Part shown: positions 63,376-64,000 of the stretch, in pieces | How the letters are laid out: each line of letters begins with the position of its first letter | Position numbering within the stretch: position 1 is the stretch's first letter | Assembly (NCBI GenBank): GCA_963744145.1 | Contig: CAVUSO010000001.1 | Location: 6,624,001-6,688,000 of the forward strand | Direction: 5' to 3' | DNA from: an uncultured cyanobacterium | Lineage (GTDB): Bacteria > Cyanobacteriota > Cyanobacteriia > Cyanobacteriales > CAWUOF01 | Length of the DNA: 64,000 bases | The notes under the pieces: generated by a model | Told to the model about the DNA's origin: nothing | Database searches by the model: none | The model's input: the letters and a program-made list of their open reading frames with translations, nothing else | Position numbers and translations under genes: made by a program

Positions 63376-64000
63376 TTAAGTGATAAATTTATAGTAGCGC
63401 TGACAATGTCTCGACTACGCTCGACACAAGTCTTCTGGTAGCAGGGTCAGGATAAATTCACGTTCATTACTCCAATTAGATACTTGTTGTTGTTGTTGAA
63501 ATGTGACCAGGTGAATTGCTTGAAAGCATTGAAATATCCATTTGGCTGTTGGACGGTCTGTTGCTTTCCCTAACTGATTTTTATGGTTAATTTTGCTGAT
63601 GATAAAGCGGCTCGTATTTGTCTTTGTGCTAGGGTATAAACCAGTAAGCCTAGCCCCATAATTGCTGCTAATGATTCGATGCGTTCGGGACTTTTCAGAT
63701 AAACACTATCCGCAAAAAATGTGGGATCTTTAAGAAAACCAAATCCTCTTTCACAGGATTGCTGTGCCTTATACTCAGTCAGCATCGCCTCATTACTAAT
63801 TTCGCTTTCTGCTAAAACGTTCGTCGCAATTATGAATCTACCAGCACTGTTAGTTTCTCGCTCAATTTGGCTTTTATCTTCGGTAAAACTGCCGAAAATT
63901 TGATCACACTTTTTTTGACTTTTACCTAATTTATCTGGTCTGATTTCCCTTACTTCTTTTGGTTCAATTTGATGATATTTAAAGGATTTCGATAGTTGAG
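63376..64000 (-). pseudogene. IS1634-family transposase, 3' part, frameshifted
   Basis: YKAQQSCERGFGFLKDP, LKSPERIESL, RPTAKWIFQCF. Confidence 0.8.

Larger units (their letters stand above)
18736..63429. repeat. Dispersed 21-24-bp repeat family with core GAGCG(T/G)AGTCGA (SDR-like)
   Basis: Copies at 18736-18756, 32380-32424 (nested), 61265-61288 and 63406-63429. Confidence 0.8.
1..64000. repeat. HIP1 octamer GCGATCGC, highly iterated
   Basis: Dozens of copies, e.g. 133, 537, 2036, 2351, 2966; indicates a cyanobacterial host. Confidence 0.95.

Noticed and set aside
1..64000. tRNA, rRNA or prophage structural genes
   Set aside because: None recognised by eye; a tRNAscan/Infernal run would be needed to exclude them formally.

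Overview
AT-rich cyanobacterial chromosomal window; the HIP1 octamer GCGATCGC occurs throughout. From left to right it contains: (1) the 3' part of a glutamyl-tRNA synthetase fused to a very long Gln/Glu coiled coil with a C-terminal membrane helix; (2) a ~26 kb mosaic accessory region (3-29 kb) of small redox/regulator genes, four toxin-antitoxin modules, pseudogenes, IS elements, MITEs, degenerate attC-like sites and several segmental duplications; (3) a DUF499/DUF1156/SNF2 restriction-like (BREX-related) defence locus whose ATPase carries a C-terminal HNH nuclease and which hosts a RAYT transposase flanked by inverted tandem REP arrays; (4) a dTDP-rhamnose/glycosyltransferase/type I secretion region; (5) a nest of IS elements at the right end. 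The main unexplained signals are a ~28-bp GTAG-footed hairpin found 13 times, every copy inside a mobile element and often replacing codons of transposases or TnpB; an IS4 unit apparently transposed with a surrogate end that captured a Uma2 gene; a duplicated candidate sRNA behind a consensus promoter; and the tail-anchored GluRS. Family assignments come from motif recognition by eye; no database searches were run.
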